This document shows, one piece after another, positions 1-12,125 of a DNA stretch of 64,000 bases. The stretch spans positions 3,854,451-3,918,450 of the forward strand of contig NW_003314263.1 of assembly GCF_000143415.4 (NCBI RefSeq), written 5' to 3'. Position 1 is the first letter of the stretch. Every line of letters begins with the position of its first letter. The translations under genes were made by a program, and so were the position numbers. A model generated the notes under the pieces. The model was not told the origin of the DNA. It ran no database searches and was given only the letters and a program-made list of their open reading frames with translations. Origin of the DNA: Selaginella moellendorffii. Lineage: Eukaryota > Plantae > Lycopodiophyta.

Positions 1-905
1 CCAACACTTACCATACATGTCGACCAAGCAGCTTGCCACGTACAAGTCTTCCAGATCAAAGCCTCGCTCTGATACCAACGAGTGCACCGCCATTCCGGCT
101 TCCCGCGAACGCAGCGTCACGATCTTCCCATCGACTTGCCTTCCCTGTTCTTGAGTTGACGCCTTAAGCGCAGCCACCAAAGACTGGGAGTGTAGCAAAT
201 CTCCAAAGAGTTGAAGGCCATCTTTCCCTCATCGTTCTCAGTTGAGAAGAGCGTTGACTACGAATATGTTTGAGTCACATCCCAGTCTGTCGGCCGTGCC
301 GTGGATCGCGTAACTAGAAACCTGAGCTTCTCCTGTGGATTCCGAGCTTCTTTCTTGGCTCCGAGGCCTGGAGAGCAGCGACAACACTCCAGCTATCGAG
401 CTGACAACCTCGGGACGACACCATATTCATAAACATCTCTAGAGCTAGCTCCTCGTTCTCACCATCCTGTGCGTAGCCGAGCATCAAAACGTTCCACGAG
501 ACCACATCCCGACTTTTCATCCTGTCGAAAACCTCTTGAGCACGCACCATGCTCCGGCACTTCACGTACATGTCGATGAGAGCATTCCGCACGTAGCCTC
601 GGCTTGACGATGGTCTTCTTCGGCAGCTGCCAGAGGCGAGCGCAGCGGCAAAAGTTCGTGCGTTTGCTGCGCAGCACTGTTGTATCGATCGAAAGAGCTA
701 CAAGGCCATCTCGGCCTCGCCATTCTCCGCATAGCCACTTCGTCGGGGCGAGGAATCCTGTCGAAGGCCTACTGTGCTTCCACCACGCTGTCACACTTCA
801 TGTACATCGCCACCAAGTCCGACTCTCGCGTTCGCGTGATCTTTCGACGTCTCTAGCTCTGGAGCACGACTTTAGCCCCGCGAGACAAGCGCTTCTCTCG
901 AGCTG
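1..905 (-). pseudogene. Degenerate PLS-class PPR gene fragments
   Basis: ORF 314-592 reads NALIDMYVKCRSMVRAQEVFDRMKSRDVVSWNVLMLGYAQDG, typical P/S PPR motifs. Further motifs (LYVASCLVDMYGKC, CDSNIFVVNAL) lie in other frames, broken by frameshifts and deletions. Runs off the window edge. Confidence 0.8.
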
Positions 906-1750
906 ATAAGCACGCCGGTCTTGGTGCTGATCTTTTTTTTGTTTTTGTGATCACTGGATTTGTGTGCTCGCTCGCCAGGGTTTTCCTCCGACTTTGCGTA
1001 CCAAGTCACTTACATTGTCAAGCGGTCGTATCCAAGTCGTGAACAAAAATGGCATAGGAGTAATCGATCATATGCTGGAACCGATAACAATGTCGTAATC
1101 CCACGCAAGGCTGTGCAACGTAGGAGTGTTTTTCGAGTCGAGGCAGACTCGCAGCTGCTTGTCACTCGGCTGCCTGTTTATCGTCCCGCGATTTCACGTT
1201 GTCTCAAATCGAGCCGGAGAGAATGGAATGGAATGGTTCTCGATCATCACCACCGAGAAGTAAGCTTTCTACCTTTTTTGGCCTGGAGGTCTGACCGATC
1301 CAACTTTTTTGCTGGAAAAACGAGCCAGTGTTCTCTCATCTCGCCGGAAGAACTACCATATCGGCTGTGAAAACTTTATAAAAAAATTTGGCTCTACCCA
1401 AAGCGTTCGAAAATTTGCCTTCGTTGATTCGGGACATCTTGAAAAGCCGTCCACGCTTCTTTGAGCGCCATCTCCTCAGCTTCCTCTTTCCAATTGATTG
1501 GTCTAGAGTTTGGCACGGATCCTCGATGCTAGAAATCAGGACCTGGAACCAAATCACCTGTCCTTAGAATAAAAAAGTTCATGTACCCTTGCATTGACTG
1601 GGTTGACTTTCATTGACTGGGTCTTCGTTTGTAAGCTATTTGGGTGGGAAGAAGAGCGTCGTGTGTCCTGCGAGACCGCATCTCAACTCCATCTTCCACG
1701 TTAAAAGCCGCGCAAATCGTTTTGGGCGACAAGCTCTTGATCACTCCATG
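750..1750. repeat. Segmental duplicate, copy A (partner at ~5440-6375), with sub-blocks in mixed orientation
   Basis: 1087-1335 matches 5442-5685 (direct), 1360-1535 matches 6020-6228 (direct), 850-905 matches 5940-5997 (direct), 1590-1747 matches 5686-5820 (inverted), 750-850 matches 6230-6375 (inverted). Confidence 0.8.
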
Positions 1751-1889
1751 AAAATCCTCGCTGGAAACAATGGAAACTCTGCCTCCGCACGGCAAACTCT
1801 CCATTGCATTATTGCGTGAATATTCGAAGAATAAACATAAATGGAGAATATGCTGGCGGTTTAGGGCTCATCTTTTCTCTTCTTTTCTC

Positions 1890-2296
1890 GCAGGTAGCTC
1901 GTTCGGAGATTTTGCGAGAGAAGTTGTCCACGAACACAGGCGGTGGAGATCTAATGGGGGATTGTCTCGTGGCTTGTATTCAGGTAATATAGCTATTGTT
2001 TCCATCGATCGACCGAATGATTTGTTTTTTCTATCCCTCGGCAAACAGCCGTGAGCTCATTTGGCTGAGACCACAGGCCGTGAAACTCCTGACTACCTTG
2101 ATAGACATCGACTCAGCTGGTTTTCAACAGCGGTGGTCTTGTTTTTCGTGTTTTTCTTTCGGAACTCTGTGCATGTGGCTCCTCTCGTTCTACGGCTTGG
2201 CTCTCGATTTGCACGGGACATGGTCGAGCACGGGATGAGCGTGGACTGACGAGGTAAGAGCCTTGCTTTTTCAAGCTCGTATGTAAATCCGTGTTG
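1890..2296 (+). pseudogene. Internally deleted fragmentary copy of the V-ATPase subunit H gene
   Basis: Colinear short blocks match the reverse complement of 16100-16905, e.g. TTGTATTCAGGTAATATAGCTA, CTGTGCATGTGGCTCCTCTCGTTCTAC and GACGAGGTAAGAGC. Intron sequence is included. Confidence 0.8.
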
Positions 2297-2379
2297 GGTG
2301 GTCAGAAAATCTGACATGGCTATGGGATTTACTTTGGGATTTGATCTGAAATGATTTTAGCTTTTATTTAGCGTTACAT

Positions 2380-3405
2380 TCATGGAGGCACCAAAGATGG
2401 TGCAAACAGAAAAACATACCTCAGAAGTAAAGGATTCTGAAGTGGAATGCTACTCCAGACCATACTCTCACAATCCACAAAAAACAGCTTATACTTATCC
2501 GGAATCATTAAGGTGCCTTCGTAAAAACAGATTGGAAGAAGAGGAATGTGGCCCTCGTTGTAAGGAAAGCTTGTCTCCTCAACAAATCTCTTTGATGCAC
2601 AGTCCAACCTTATCAGCATCATCTTCAGAACCCCAAAATCGTTTACCAAAGCCACCTTGAAAAACTGTGTTGCTGGTGTTACCACCCAATTGTACACATT
2701 CCAGCAAGCTTCAACAGGGGAATGGCCCATGAAAGATGACCACTCAACAGTCCATCTCATTTCTTCCATGTTGAAGCTCAAAGCCCCCCACATACGTTCA
2801 CGTTCGCATGGAAAATAAGCGTTGCTGTTGGCCATCCCAACTCCATTTTCGAGACGATTCCAGCCAGGAAGGTAATCCACCTTGTCCCACACTCCTGATC
2901 TCGAGCTATATACCAGCAATTGCTTTTTTTTGTTATCCGCTACACAAATCCAGTAACCATGCATACACGGTTCCAAAACCAGGGCAGAACGATATACAAT
3001 TACTACTTTCAGGGGCGGCGGCGGGAGCACCTTGAGAGCTGTGGTGAGCGGATTGAGAACAACATAGTCATTGCCCATCGATCCAAACAGCAATCCACCA
3101 CAGGCCTTGAAAACCCTGATGTGATTGTAAACATCCTGACGGACCCAACCCTTCTGTGTTTGAGATCCAGCAACAAACGGGTTGCACCGATACACTCCCC
3201 TACCAAAAGAAGTTACTCCCAAGACATGAGGAGGGGGGTAAATCTGCTTGTTTCTAGAGTGGTGCGCTGAATGAGACTTTCCAAATCTTGGTGAGTCTAC
3301 GAGATCCCTCCACTGCTTGCACACGACTCTGATGCGGCGGTGCAAAACAACTGCTGGCAATAGCTTCAACACCTCCTCCTCAACTATGTGCACCAGCTCG
3401 TCCAT
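2380..3405 (-). CDS. F-box protein, single exon, 341 aa
   Basis: N-terminal F-box (IVEEEVLKLLPAVVLHRRIRVVCKQWRDLVDSPRF) followed by F-box-associated motifs (ACGGLL, VVLNPLT, VYSSRSGVW). Confidence 0.85.
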   Translation of the reverse strand: MDELVHIVEEEVLKLLPAVVLHRRIRVVCKQWRDLVDSPRFGKSHSAHHSRNKQIYPPPHVLGVTSFGRGVYRCNPFVAGSQTQKGWVRQDVYNHIRVFKACGGLLFGSMGNDYVVLNPLTTALKVLPPPPLKVVIVYRSALVLEPCMHGYWICVADNKKKQLLVYSSRSGVWDKVDYLPGWNRLENGVGMANSNAYFPCERERMWGALSFNMEEMRWTVEWSSFMGHSPVEACWNVYNWVVTPATQFFKVALVNDFGVLKMMLIRLDCASKRFVEETSFPYNEGHIPLLPICFYEGTLMIPDKYKLFFVDCESMVWSSIPLQNPLLLRYVFLFAPSLVPP

Positions 3406-4274
3406 AGTCCATACCTGCCCTATTACGGAAACGGGCTCTTTTAATCCCCGTTTACTTCAAAGGATAATGATCGTCAAAGTACCCAAGAGACGAGGAAGAA
3501 GATGGGGATCCAGGAGGACGAAAGTTTGAGGTGGAAGGAACAGCTCCTTGGTCTTCACAAGAATCTGCTCGACATATGGATCGAATTCTCCGCAAAAGTG
3601 GTGTTGTTGCAATTGTTTGTTTCACCGAGGGTCGTCCACACTTATTCATACCCTTGTCTTTGCCGGGTGTTGTAGTTAAGTACTGTTCGAGCGTCAACAC
3701 TGTCTGGAGGAATGGCCTTCGAGGAACGCACAACAAAGCTGGTCGTTTCAGATCTTTCCCAGTCTCAAAACCTAGCAAAACACGACTTTTACAGTGGACC
3801 ACATAAGTGAGGCCGGAGACGATGTTGTGACTGACAACGAAGGTAAAACTCCTTGAGAGTGAAGGCATGGCTCTTAGACGCGAATGACAGCGCTCAAACT
3901 TCTCAATCGCTTCACTCACTCACGTTCACTCGCTCTGGTGGGGATCAAAAACAGTTCCCCCATGGCCGTCGTTGCTCGCCTAGGAGTGGTGTCAAACCGG
4001 TTGTTGCCGCGGCACTTTCCAATGGCCGCATGCTTGGGCCTGCTCTGTGGCGTCCGCAGAGACGACTTCTTGACTGATTTGGAGCCACCATTGTCGCGCT
4101 GCTGGGCCGTATGGCCGTTGCGGGTGGCTGTTTGCGCACCGGATTCCAACTTGAGCTTCCTGTTGTGGAAGTGACCTTTGCAAACGCGAGTGCTCCTGAT
4201 TTTGCGTTTGGACCAGGTCAGATCAACTTAAGAATAAGATCAGGCAACCAGGAGCAGTTTAGCATTCACCTGCT

Positions 4275-4768
4275 CTATGGACGGTAGCTGGAGGTCACAG
4301 TGTTTATACAGCGTTTCCCATGTCTGGAAATCATCGCATACTGACGGGACATCTTGCTGGGGAGTTCATCTTCCGGGATAGCAAGCTGCAGGCTTACGAC
4401 CTGCGCACTGAGGCAATGGCAATCCCAGGTGCCAAAGCTTGGAACGACTTCCCGCTGCCTCAAGAACTCAAACTCGTGGGCTACATTTATCGCAGGCTTG
4501 ATCCTTGCATTACGGGCCCAAGGTGATCGTGGTTGGCCAGTGCGAACTCATAATAGGTCATCATTTCAAGGGAGGCATCGTATTGCTGGAGCTGGATGAA
4601 CAAGAAGAATGCGGGCGTCACTGGAAGGTGGTTACGTGGGCAAAGGCGGAGCATTTTGCAGATAATGACACGCCACATTCACGATTCATTACCCATTTTC
4701 CTCTTCAAGGTGGCGATCTGGTGGTGCTGAACGAAAAAAAGCAGGTTGGATTCTGGACCAGGCTGTAG
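4275..4768 (+). pseudogene. Possible remnant of an F-box-associated beta-propeller C-terminus
   Basis: Two overlapping frames (LQAYDLRTEA...WNDFPLP; KVIVVG...IVLLELDE...WKVV) resemble F-box-associated repeats. There is a frameshift near 4505-4525 and no F-box motif is seen. Confidence 0.3.
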
Positions 4769-5439
4769 CTTTCCATCTCAAGCATCATAATTGGTTGGAA
4801 CTTCCTACAAGAGCGTGCGGTGGCCTCATCGGTCTCCTGACAGCCTGCAATGGAGGAGGAGGATAAATTTTGCGTCTACAGCTCGTAATCTTCGTCAAAT
4901 AATAGGACAAACAAATAACAAAAACAGCGCAACAATGGAGGGAGGAGGCAGGATCTCAAGAGATGTACCGTGAATTACTGTGTATGCACTCGAAAACAAG
5001 AAATAGATACGATCCTCAAGAAGGAAAAGCTAGAAAATAAAAGTGCTTCAGCCTTCAAAAGCATGTTCCTCAGCAATCGTCTCTGCTTTGGCCTCGTCTA
5101 TTTGCTGGAAGTAAGTCAAATCCTACAGTTTAGAAATTTCACTTGACACATACGTCGTCGTGATAAAAAGCGTACTTTGATCCTCGAATTTATCCCAGTC
5201 ATTGCGTGTTCCTGATGCCAAACGAAATACTAATGCTCACTGTTTCTGCATAAGATAAGTACCAAATGGACACTCCATTGCAGAACGCAAGCCAGGCTTT
5301 TACTCAGTAACCTGATGTTCCGCAACCCAATCTTTCCTATGACATTCTTCTTTGCCGATGACAAAGAAACTGCGGTTTAGCTCAAAAGAAAACAAACTAA
5401 AAGTGTAACCTGGATATTATCCACCAGCCTTATCATATA

Positions 5440-6400
5440 TAACAATGTCGTAATCACACGCAAGGCTGTGTGACGTAAGAGTGTTTTTCGAGTCGAGGCA
5501 GCCGCCTGTCACTCGGCTGCCTGTTTATCGTCTGCGTCTGCGATTCCACGTTGCCTGAGTTCTAATGGGATGGAATGGTTCTCGATCATCACCACCGAGA
5601 AGTAAGCTTTCTACCTTTTTTTGCGTGGAGGTCTGATCGATGCTGGAAAAACAGGTCAGTGTTCTTTCATCTCGCTGGAAGAACTGGAGTGATCAAGAGT
5701 TTGTCGCCCAAAACGATTTGTGCGTGGAAGAGGGAGTGCTGCGGTCTATCGTCTTCCCAAAATAGCTTACAAACGAAGAGCCAATGAAAGTCAATGAAGA
5801 GTCAACTCAGTCAATGCAAGGGCATATTCAAAGATGTAATTGAGAACTTTTTTATGGGTGCCGCTCGTCCCATCGCCCGCGCGAGGCTGCAAGAATGAGA
5901 TTCTCGGCAATGTAGGACAGGAGATTTGTTCCAGGTCCTCTCTAGCTCTGGAGCACGACTTTAACGCCGCAAGGCCAGCGCATATCTCGAGCTGATGAGC
6001 GTTGCCGCTAGTACCTCGTATCGGCTGTGAGAACTTTAGGATCCAGCGAAGTCCTGGACAGCATAGTAAGGATGGCTCTACCTTCCAGCATCAAAGCGTT
6101 CGAAAATTTGCCTTCGTTGATTCGGGACATCTTGAAAAGAATGTTTGCTCTCGCCATCTCCTCAGCTTCCTCTTTCCGATTGATTGGTCTAGACTCTAGA
6201 GTTTGACACGGATCCTCGATGCTAGAAATCACGTCGAAAGAGGCCGGCAAATCCACGCGAACGCGAGAGAAAGTGGTGTGGATTCGGACTCTCACGTAGC
6301 CAGCAGCTTGGTGGCGATGTACATGAAGTGTGGGAGCGTGGTGGAAGCACAGCAGGCCTTTGACAGGATTCCTATGCTGGAACGCTTTGATCTGCACGAT
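5440..6400. repeat. Segmental duplicate, copy B, containing PPR fragments
   Basis: Matches 750-1750 as listed for copy A. ORF 6203-6454 contains the PPR motif ERGRQIHANARESGVDSDSHVASSLVAMYMKCGSVVEAQQAFDRI. Confidence 0.8.
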
Positions 6401-6517
6401 CAAATGCAGAAGAACGAAAAAGAGAAATCAAATCCAATTCACTCCAAAAAATAGTGCAAATCTGATGCTCTCAAGGTATGAGGAGAGAGGAACAGACTGC
6501 TTGAGAAGAGCTTGTAT

Positions 6518-7027
6518 TCATTTCGCAAACTTTCTACATGGTGGAAAGATTCTATCTTCGTCCCCGCCCATCATCGATGCTAGTCTTTCAACCGCCCTGG
6601 GGAGAACGTCATGGCGCCCCATCTCACTCCTCGGCCAGCACCGCCTCTCGCCATCCCTAAGCTTCCCATTCTCAGGGATCGCACACTCCTCCCAGTCCCT
6701 TCTCGAAAACCCCTTGATTGCGATCCCTCGCGAGTCCTCGGCCAGCCCAACCTGGTACTTCTCAACCTTGCCCCCTTCTCTGGTGATGGTGTACAAATGG
6801 CGCATCATCCGCCTGCCCTGATCGTTCTCAGGGTAGAACTCGGACCTCACAAGCTCGTACACGCCGTGGCCGGGCAATTCGGCCGTGGGCGGCTCTGGAT
6901 ACTCGATCGGGTACATGAAATCCCCCATTGGACTCACCTGGAGATCCCCAATCGTGAATTTCTCCGGGGCTCTGACGGGAACATGCTTCATAGTCCGAAG
7001 CATGACCGCGATGAACTCATCAGCCAT
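6518..7027 (-). CDS. Hypothetical 169-aa protein (lineage-specific?)
   Basis: ATG-initiated, GC-rich intact ORF with globular composition, preceded by a telo-box-like AACCCTA. It is head-to-head with the gene at 7122. No family recognised. Confidence 0.5.
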   Translation of the reverse strand: MADEFIAVMLRTMKHVPVRAPEKFTIGDLQVSPMGDFMYPIEYPEPPTAELPGHGVYELVRSEFYPENDQGRRMMRHLYTITREGGKVEKYQVGLAEDSRGIAIKGFSRRDWEECAIPENGKLRDGERRCWPRSEMGRHDVLPRAVERLASMMGGDEDRIFPPCRKFAK

Positions 7028-7121
7028 CCAAGAACCCTAAAAAGCAGAGCCCTAAATATTCAAGAGAACGTATATCTTTAGAATATGCTCATTTTACTAC
7101 TCTCTGCCCTAAATTTTGGTT

Positions 7122-8728
7122 ATGGCGCTCGCGCCGGAGGCGGTGCTCTACTCCGGCTGCTTGTGGCGGCAGTCAAGGATCTTCCCCTCTCCGAGCTCCG
7201 TGGTATGTCACAGAAGCAGCAGCAGCAGCAGGAATCGACGTAGCAGCAGCCGATTGAGCTCCGCATTCTCGGCTGGGAGGAGGGATTGGAGCAGGGGTTT
7301 AGGGTTTAAGGGAGAGAGCGCAGCAGCAGTAGCAGCCGCGGCGGCCGTGGATTCTTCTACTAGCGAGGTAGAATCGGCGGCGGAAGCGTTGAAGCTCGAG
7401 GAAGAATCGGCCGCGGAAGGTGTAAAGCTCGAGGAAGAATTGGTGAGAAAGGAAGAGGAAGATGGAGCTGCTGGGAGTTCTAAGAGAGACGAAGAGGTGG
7501 AGTTTGAGAAGGGATTCAGCATGAGGAGGGTGTGTGACAGGTTGATCGAGGTGTTTATGGTGGACAGGCCCGATCCAGACGAGTGGAGAAAATTGCTAGC
7601 GTTTAGCCAGGAGTGGAGGAGGATTCGTCCTTACTTTTACGAGCGATGCAAGGCGCTGGCAGAGTCCGAGGACGATCCGAGAAAGATGGGAAATCTTTAC
7701 AAGCTCTCCAGAAAATTGAAAGAGGTATAAAGCTTTTCTTGTGTTCTAGGCTGTGTGAGATTTGTCTTAAGTTTTAGCTAAGTTGTTTTGTATCTTTCTT
7801 TCCAGGTAGATGACGAGATGATAAGGCACGATGAGCTGCTCGAGGAGATCGAAGTTAACGAGACGGAGATAGATGTCATTGTTGCCAAGCGTCGGAAGGA
7901 TTTCACGAGCGATTTCTTCAAGCATCTTCGAGTTTTATGTGATGCAAACCATTCCAACTTAGATCGGCGAGAAAGTAAGTCCTTTCCTTCATCTTCATGC
8001 TCGTTTTATGAACAAGTCTATGCTCTGTAGAACTGGCACAATTGGCAGCAAGATGCCTGGCTAGCGTCGAAGAGTATGACAAAGGTGCTGAGAACAGTGT
8101 AGCCTTGGACGCTGCTCGCCGGAAGTTTGATGACATCCTGAACTCCTCGTCCCTGCAAGATGCCTGCAAGAAGATTGACACCCTCGTCAAGAACAAGCAG
8201 TTTGATCCGACACTGATGCTGGTGATCAGCAAAGCTTGGGCTGCTGCAAAAGAATCACCACTGATGAAAGAGGAGGTACAGTCTAGTGAAAGGAAAAGTA
8301 CAACCTCATTTACTTTTTCAGGTGAAAGACATCATGTTTCATCTGTACAATGTCGCCAAAGGAAATATGCAAAGACTCGTCCCAAAAGAAGTCCGGATCT
8401 TGAAGCATCTGCTGACGATTGAAGATCCTCGAGAGAGACTCGGTGCTCTGGCGCAGGCATTCTCCCCTGGAGACGAACTTGAGGGGAAAGATATTGACCT
8501 TTTATACACGTAAGTGAGCAACCAATGCAAGTTCTTTTATCCACTTCTATGATCTCTGCTCTTTCCAGGACTCCAAACAGGCTCTACAGGCAGGTGCTGT
8601 TCATTCTCGACGCTTACTACAGTAACAAGGAGAAGACGCTGATCCAAGAGGCTCAAAAGCTCATGGATCCACTCGTGATCAGCAGGCTCGAAATTCTCAG
8701 AGATGTGATCAAAACCGAATTCCTATGA
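7122..8728 (+). CDS. Plastid-targeted protein, At4g37920-like (5 exons)
   Basis: Ser/Arg-rich transit-like N-terminus. Conserved blocks VCDRLIEVFMVDRPDPDEWRKLLAFSQEW, IVAKRRKDFT, AWAAAKES, PKEVRILKHLLTIEDP and AFSPGDELEGKDIDLLYT. GT-AG introns. Confidence 0.8.
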
Positions 8729-8939
8729 GCAAGCTTTTGTAAAGATTAATAGATGTATTGCATCCTACTTTTGTGTTCCCTACCACTCTCATGTCCTTGG
8801 CGAATTTCACCCCAAGCTCGGGAATCGTGGACACAGTCCGCAATGCTCGCAGGACCTCGAACGAATGAATCTATATATTATTAGTGAAGATTTCTTTAAA
8901 AGTTGGTACAAATTTCTAAAACTATTCAAATCATTTGAC

Positions 8940-11292
8940 GATCATTTCTCTCACATTCCTCCTCTGAGACGAAGACTCTTTCTGCGTCTTCAAGCTGCTT
9001 TACTGCAATAAGACATTGCTGATCTTTCACGCGAGCAGTTGATGGTATGAAGGACTTCATTTCCGACTAGCTTCATCTTGCAGTCTTGTTATGTTCGGCT
9101 GCAACTTAAACTACAACATGGAAAAATGCAAGGACTCAGCATCAAACAAAGAAATCAAAATGTTCAGTTCCGACCTCAGGCAGCAGCTTGCGTTTCTTCA
9201 CAGGTTTCTCCACCGTCTGAGCGAGCTCCTTCTTTGGCAGGCAGACAACAACTGCCTCCTAGCTGAGGCCTTCCACTTCTATAGAAGAGAAAGGAAAGAC
9301 AATGTCCACAGAGCACTCCTTGATAGGAGATGCATTGCTGAAGATTCGCAGGACATCAAACCCAGTCGGAGATAAGACTCCATCCACGAGACCACTTAGG
9401 AAAGTCACTCTGCCTGCAACACAGTGATGAGAATGAATCACATGGATTAACTCAGTCCTCCTTACCTGCAAAGTTGGGGATGTTCAGCGTGATTATGTAA
9501 CGCTCAGCATTCTCTTGCAGATCCCAAAGATCCGTCGTCGTCCTCAGCTCGGCCAGGTACTATAACAAGTTTCTTTCGAAGTACCTGGAATTCAAGACCT
9601 CCCGCTGCTCCTTCCGGATTTCTATCAGCCTCTGCCGGTAGATATTCTCCACCACTTCTGGGGTCCATCCCAGAAACTCGTTTCCGACATGCACACGCAT
9701 GAAGCCTTGAACGAAATTAAACTATACGCGTCAGTAAGGTTAGTTGACAGCTTGCCAGTAACCATCTTTCGAGACTGTCACAAGAAAACAGCTGCCTTAG
9801 ATGACACTGAGAAGATGAGAGGCTTACCATGTTCGGCTTCCTATAAAACACGCCAACGAGCATGTCTCGCAGGGTAAGACACAGTGGCAGGTTTGCATTG
9901 TATTGTTCTTCATACTCGTTTTTACGAATGTCGTATAAGGCTTGCATCTCTGCTAGAGTCTTGGGAACCTTGTTGAATGATTCGAAAGGGAAGCTACTCC
10001 CGAGTCTAGATTTCATTTCTTCAACAACACGCTGGTAACGCCTGCAAGATGGAATGAGTCGTAATCAGTATCTAGCAGGATCATTTGACAAACTTACTCA
10101 AAACTTGCAGGCGTGATTGAGTGGTTCAACACCTTGACGCTTCCGAAAATGTCAAGAATACCATAATTATACTCCTCTTTTGCCCAGACGTAACAGTAGA
10201 GCCTCTCAATCGGGTGAGAACTCTTGAGCTCCTTGAGCAACTCGTTGCAACCGGATGAGCCAGCCTGATATATATCTTCAGGAGCCATACTGACCAAACA
10301 GAAAATTAGAAAGAAAACAAAATAACGAAAAAAGCTTACATCCACTTTGCCTCTATTACTGAGGCCGGCTGCCAGAAATTGCATGACATATATCGCTTGT
10401 CAAGCCACTCCCGCAGTGCAGGGTTAAGAATTTTGGTCACGAATTCACACCTCCACCTCTGCAAAATCAACAGAAAAACTGTTAATAAACAAACGAGAAA
10501 ACTTCACAGTACATACCCTTTTTGTACTGGATCTCATGAGACTCCTGAAAGTCAGCTGAGATTTCCACCAAAACGGGTTTCCCATTGTCTCCAACGATGA
10601 CTTCCCCCGTATTGTCCCGAGCAACCACAAGATAAGTCACCCCTTTCACCTCAGCAACCATGTCTCTGTCCCGCGGTATGACGTATCTAAATCCTGGAAA
10701 AAGAGAACCCATATGAATTCTATCTTGGTTCTCCGAGGAGGCGTCCATTAAGCAGGCCTTTGTTTCAGTAGGTCCCCGAAGCACCTTGTCCATAATCCGG
10801 TCGAGCGTCTCGTTCTTCAAACCAACGCGTGAATGATCCATTTTGTCGTTGGTTGGGAACACCTCTGAACAGATCACCAACGGATTTTGGAACTTGAAGG
10901 AAAGTTCGTCAGCTTGAAATGGAGGACACGTTAAAAGAGCTTTGGCAGAGGATGCAAAGCCCACCACTTCCGAGTTTGCCTGTCCGGGTGTTGATAGAGA
11001 CGACAACAGCAGGGCTTCTGAAACTCGGACACGGTACACTACCTCCCGGTGCTTGTGCTTGAAGTTGTTTGTCCAACCTCTCCAGCCGCCGACACTTAAC
11101 AAAAAAGGTAATGAGAAAAACCTTAACAAGCTTAGAGAGAAACCGAGATTTGATCAAAACTGAATTCCTATGAGCAGCCTTTTCGAGAATGGATTGGGAG
11201 AATTGTGCAATCCGAGGAGTGAAATGTGAAGGCCTTGACTGAAAGATTAGAATCGATGATGGGCGGCAACGAAGATAAAGTCTTCCCACCAT
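8940..11292 (-). other. Putative multi-exon hypothetical gene or pseudogene
   Basis: A chain of protein-like minus-strand ORFs (10482-11129, 10094-10384, 9717-10016) separated by short intron-like gaps. One coding-like frame has an in-frame TAG near 9560. No family recognised; boundaries approximate. Confidence 0.4.
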
Positions 11293-11519
11293 GTAGAAAC
11301 TTTGCGAAATGTATACAAGCTCTTCTCAAGCTTGTCTTTGACAGACTATTCCTCCGTGATCTCTCCTCACTCCTCTCATCTCCCCATACTCACTGAGTGG
11401 AGCGGCCAAGAATTTTTATTTTTTGTTCACGTCACTTTCTTACTTCTCTGTTATCGTGACGCATCACTTGATCTTTGCGGGGCAAAACCTGAAGAAAAAA
11501 GCGTTATAACTACTTGAGA

Positions 11520-12125
11520 AACTTTCAAGATGGAAGTCATTGTCTTCAAACCTCTTGATGTTTTCTTTCCGGAGCATCAGGAACCTGAATGTACTGTTGT
11601 GCTGTCGCGGAAGACATCAAGGGAGTCAAGAGTTTCACCTCAAGTTGTACAAACATGGATCATCGTGGTCTCTTAGCAGAGTAGTTGGTATTGCGCGGCT
11701 GGGATGAGAAGCGAGAGAGAGAAAAAAAAACTAGCTATATTACCTGAATACAAAGACAAGGTTTTGAAGGACATGATGCGACACGTTCTTCGAAGGCCCA
11801 GGCTTTTGTGAGATCTCCACCGCCTGTGTTTGCGGATAAGCGCTTTCAAACAAGAAAAATGGCTGGTCAGAACCTTGCAAGCTTTCTCTTGTAAGAACCA
11901 ATTTTTCTCGGGCTGCAACAAACCGGGGAAAAAATGGAAACTCAGTGCTTGTGAATAAGCAAATCCTCACCTCCCGGTAAATCTCTTCGACTTAATAGAG
12001 AGCATGACCACACATTCCACTGTTTCTTTCTTCGTGATGTTGTCAAGTAGTACCAGAAATCAAATCCAAAGCTGGATTGCAAAGAAAATTCAAAGTACCT
12101 ATCAATCTGCTGCTGATCGTAGCGC
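11520..12125 (-). pseudogene. Second internally deleted copy of the V-ATPase subunit H gene
   Basis: Colinear blocks match 15910-17410 in the same orientation: TGGAAGTCAT...CTTGATGTTTTCTTTCC, GAACCTGAATGTACTG, TGGTCTCTTAGCAGAGTAG, CTATATTACCTGAATACAAAG and TTCGTGATGTTGTCAAGTAGT. Confidence 0.85.
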
